Assembly (NCBI RefSeq): GCF_963506605.1
Contig: NC_083289.1
Coordinates: 27,962,001-28,026,000, forward strand
Reading direction: 5' to 3'
From: Zootoca vivipara
Taxonomy: Eukaryota
Length of the DNA stretch: 64,000 bases
Shown: piece after piece, positions 60,701 to 64,000 of the stretch
Layout: the number at the start of each line of letters is the position of its first letter
How positions within the stretch are numbered: position 1 is the stretch's first letter
Notes under the pieces: model-generated
Seen by the model: only the letters and a program-made list of their open reading frames with translations
The model's database searches: none
Told to the model about the DNA's origin: nothing
Translations under genes and position numbers: made by a program

Positions 60701-62013
60701 CATGGTTTACTGAAGTGCAAGAAAACTTTTTATTTTTAAAAAAGTGTTAATGTTTATTACTTGCTTTGTAACACATTATTTGGCAACATACATTTCTTCC
60801 TCCCAACTATCCTCTTAAGCGACGGGTATTGCAAGTAGAAAAGAGGCCATCTTCCTAAGACTTCAGCAAAAGTTCTGTTGCCACATTTATGCCCAGTCAG
60901 AAGAATGCAGTGCCCTCGTAGAATGTTGTTCTGTGCTGTCCCCCACCCACCCCTGTGGCTTACTGAGCAACCAAGAACTAGTGTCTCCTTTTCTGTGCTG
61001 CTTCTCTGCAGGGCTCCCGAAAGCTTGCTGTCAAAAGCTCTAATCTCCAGTGCTACTCCCCTCTGCCTCCGCAGCCTGTCCGGACTGCCAGCCGCATGGC
61101 CCCCAAGTCCCCTCGCCCAGGACCCATGGAGCACAACAAGGAGAACGTCACTCAGCTCAACAGAACAGCTCTGAGCGGTGGGTGCATCCCTGCAGCCCCT
61201 GCCCAGAGCACCTGCAGCATTAACTCTGTTGCCAGCACCTATTCAGAGTTTGCGGTAATTTCCCTCTTCTCTCAACGCCTCTAACCTGACAGCCACCACT
61301 CTCGGCAACTGGGCTGCCAACCACCCTTGCCTGCCTCACTCATTCCCTTGGGGAGCCACAGGCCACCCAGTATGCTGTGAGCCACCCTTGAACTGTAATG
61401 GAGCATGCAGTACAATGGTAATCATTTCACATTTTCCTTCCCAAGAGCACCCCCTCCCTAGCTGAGCCAACCTCCTAATGCAACGAGCCAGCTGTCTCTA
61501 TCACTGGCCACTCTCCTCTGCTTGGTTGGTCTCAAACATGGATGGCACCTGGCCCCACACCTGGCTTCCGGTGGCACTTTATGGATAAATTCAGGTTGCA
61601 TGTGAGCCTATGTAATAAAGCCCTAGCCCCGTGTATGTGTTTTCTAGAATGGAAAGTAGCTCAAGGGAGGGGGATGAACAGTGTACCAGGAGACTGGGAG
61701 GGGGACATTTGGAAAGGGGTTAAGCACCTCTTTATTCCCCTTGCATGTGTTTGCCTGCAATATACCTGCACGGAGCTTGGTGTCAGTGGGGAAGGTGCCC
61801 TTGGTTGTGTAGTGTTGGTACACCTTCCCTTCCCTTCTGCCCTGGGCTGGGACTTCCACACTCACAAGAGGGTCTCCACTGCTCTTTGATCCAGCTTGCT
61901 CAGTTACTTCACATAGAATTTTTATCTCTTCACAGCAAGAACTTTCAAAGGCTTCCAGATCTGACTTCAAATCCCGCATACTTAACTCCACGGTTTCCAA
62001 TGCTGAGAGCTGA
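54714..62013 (+). CDS. PRC1: Protein regulator of cytokinesis 1 (606 aa)
   Basis: Exons 54714-54724, 54944-55076, 56925-57047, 57135-57368, 57459-57629, 57734-57883, 58138-58285, 58391-58527, 58657-58752 (GC donor), 58865-59011, 59550-59663, 60489-60587, 61075-61254, 61936-62013; total 1821 nt. MRKSEVLASESVACL, DPSRFTNRGGNLLKEEK, CDK-type TP sites, NSVASTYSEFA, ILNST. AATAAA at 62214-62219. Confidence 0.96.
56252..56597 (+). mobile_element. Tc1/mariner (Tigger-like) non-autonomous element with three internal 63-bp repeats
   Basis: TA|CAGTGGTACCTCGG terminus; repeats at 56296-56358, 56386-56448 and 56533-56595; no right TIR seen. Confidence 0.75.
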
Positions 62014-63347
62014 CAGAGAGCTTGTACACAGCGGCAAAGGAAGGTAGCCAAAGGAGCTGGCACCACTGGACTTCCCTTCCGGGGTTAGGCAAAGCCGTGT
62101 GCCTCCCTGCCTGGCCCTGTTGCCTGTGGCAATGGAGGCAGGGCCACTTTTAACTATTTGTTCCTTGTTTTTACCACAATTTTTTAAAACCATTTTTTTT
62201 GTATATTAAAAAGAATAAAATGTAAATGTTGCAAAGGGATTCTATAAGTAAGCCTACTCTAGTGCACAACTTGCTGTCTAGTCTAGGGTTCCAGCAGCAA
62301 GGGAAGAGGGATCATGGCCCACCCCAAACTATACTCTTGCAAACCTCTGGAACATTTGCTCCTGCCCTCTGCTAGGCAAAGGGTGGAAGAGAGCCCACAG
62401 TGGCAGCACTCCGTCCATCCTGTTTACGGGGGCAGAATCTTTACTGCCCTCCTTGGTGCTCATGCGGTTGCTTTTGGGGGAGGGAGTAGTTGCAACAGAA
62501 GTGGGGAGGGAAAGCAGGCAGCCCCTAAACTTGCTTGCAGTAGAAAAAGTGATCAGGTCATGGGGCTTTTTAGGATGCTTCCCCATGCTTGCTTCAGGGG
62601 TCTTGTTCCACTGGAGAGAAGCACAGCTTACCTTTAGTTATAACAAATGGGGCGGGGCTGACTTCTTGAGCTGGGCTAGTCCTGGTTTCCTCTTGGGATG
62701 GGGAAGGAGGAGGAGAGGCTTCTGCCAGCCACCAACCACCCTCCCCATCATCGTGGCTAGATTTGCACCTTGTTTTCACTACAGTGTCCTTTTATTATTT
62801 ATTTGTATGGCAGAATGTTCACATCTTGTTTATCTGCTGTTCTGTATAATGACTAATCAATTGTATTGTTCTGATGAGGGCTCTTAGCTGAGGAGAGCAG
62901 TCTAACTACTCCATTTCTACCACAATGTCCTGCTGCCTGGCATCTGGCTTCTTGCCCGAAGAACCATGACTGTGTTGCTAATAAGGATGACGGTGGAAGC
63001 AACAGCTTTATTCACAAAATGACTGTTCCAACATCTGTTTTGTCTGTCATGGCAATTTAGTGCTACATAAAATATGCTCTGTATAACTCTGCCTCTGTGG
63101 TGTTCTTGGAGGTGCTAAAACAGCTCCCTCTTTTATCTAAAGATGCCCTTGTGTTGTCCATTGAAGTAGTTGTTACTGGAAGGCAGGTGGAGGGAGGATT
63201 AGATGGAGCCACTACCCCTGATCTGGGACTTGGATAAAGTCAGATTGAGCCTCAACTCAGACAGTTGGACTGGAGCGGCAGTAGGAGTAGGTCCTGTTCA
63301 TGCTGTCTTCCCAAAGGTTTCTGGCTTCTTGCCCTCCATCTCAGCTG

Positions 63348-63628
63348 TTATTGGGCCACAGCATGTACATAGGTAGTCCATGGTCCACATACCACGTCCA
63401 CTACACGTAGACCCCAATCCACAAAGCAGGACACCCTCTTTGCCTCATCAGAGCTCGCTGTCTGCCCATGCCCTAGCTGGCCATATTTACCTGCAACCAA
63501 GAAGAGCTATTGGCACCAGTTTGCCCTTGGAGCAGGAAGAGGAGAAGCCAGAGTACTAACCCTAAGGGCAGCTATAATCCTCCCCCCAGCTTACTTACCC
63601 CAGCCCCAGGTGTAGAGCTCTCCTGCAC
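63348..63628 (-). CDS. RCCD1: RCC1 domain-containing protein 1, last two coding exons
   Basis: Exons (-) 63599-63628 (AGELYTWGW) and 63348-63490 (GKYGQLGHGQT...VVCGPWTTYVHAVAQ*); RCC1 repeat; tail-to-tail with PRC1; minus-strand AATAAA at 63007-63012. Confidence 0.92.
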
Positions 63629-64000
63629 CTGAAATACAAGGATGACCTGTGTTTAACTGAGGTTGAAGGATAACAGTTGAGCACCTCTTTGGGGGAATGG
63701 GGCAGATCCAAGAAGCAATCGAAAAGGAGAAACCTTCAGGACCCTTTTACGCTATGTTGTGATTTCCCAACCATGCAAAAACCAAAGAGCTTGCGCTGTT
63801 TAGGAACTCCATTTTAAAGTGCAGCAATTTTGACAGCAGTTTTGGGAGGGCTGCTGGACATCCTTACACATAAACTGTGTTAGGAGTCACACATTTTATG
63901 CACATTTGTCTTTCACTCTTGGATGTTTCCCCTTCCACAAATGAGGCTCAGGCGGACAGCAACAGCCCCAGGATATTTTTCAGGTACTGGGCAGTGAAGC

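Overview
Vertebrate genomic DNA, most likely from a squamate (probably lacertid) lizard, judging by Sauria-type SINEs, Bov-B, CR1, L2, Penelope fragments and hAT MITEs. It is a compact, gene-dense block orthologous to human 15q26.1: SEMA4B (+, exon 1 outside the window), CIB1 (-), GDPGP1 (+), TTLL13 (+), NGRN (+), HDDC3/MESH1 (+), VPS33B (+, 23 exons, 617 aa), PRC1 (+, 606 aa) and the last two coding exons of RCCD1 (-). Exon chains were built by hand from splice signals and reading phase, and most ORF-track entries are exon read-through or noise. The most notable item is a ~240-bp near-perfect palindrome between GDPGP1 and TTLL13. It carries Penelope-type minimal hammerhead ribozyme motifs and was apparently created by a Bov-B insertion with an inverted duplication of its target. 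Other items: a stop-creating CAGTAG tandem acceptor in VPS33B, two GC-AG introns, HDDC3 in a position differing from mammals, a SINE tail forming a SEMA4B acceptor, and candidate uORF, N-terminal extension and intronic poly(A) isoforms. No wholly novel protein-coding system could be supported.
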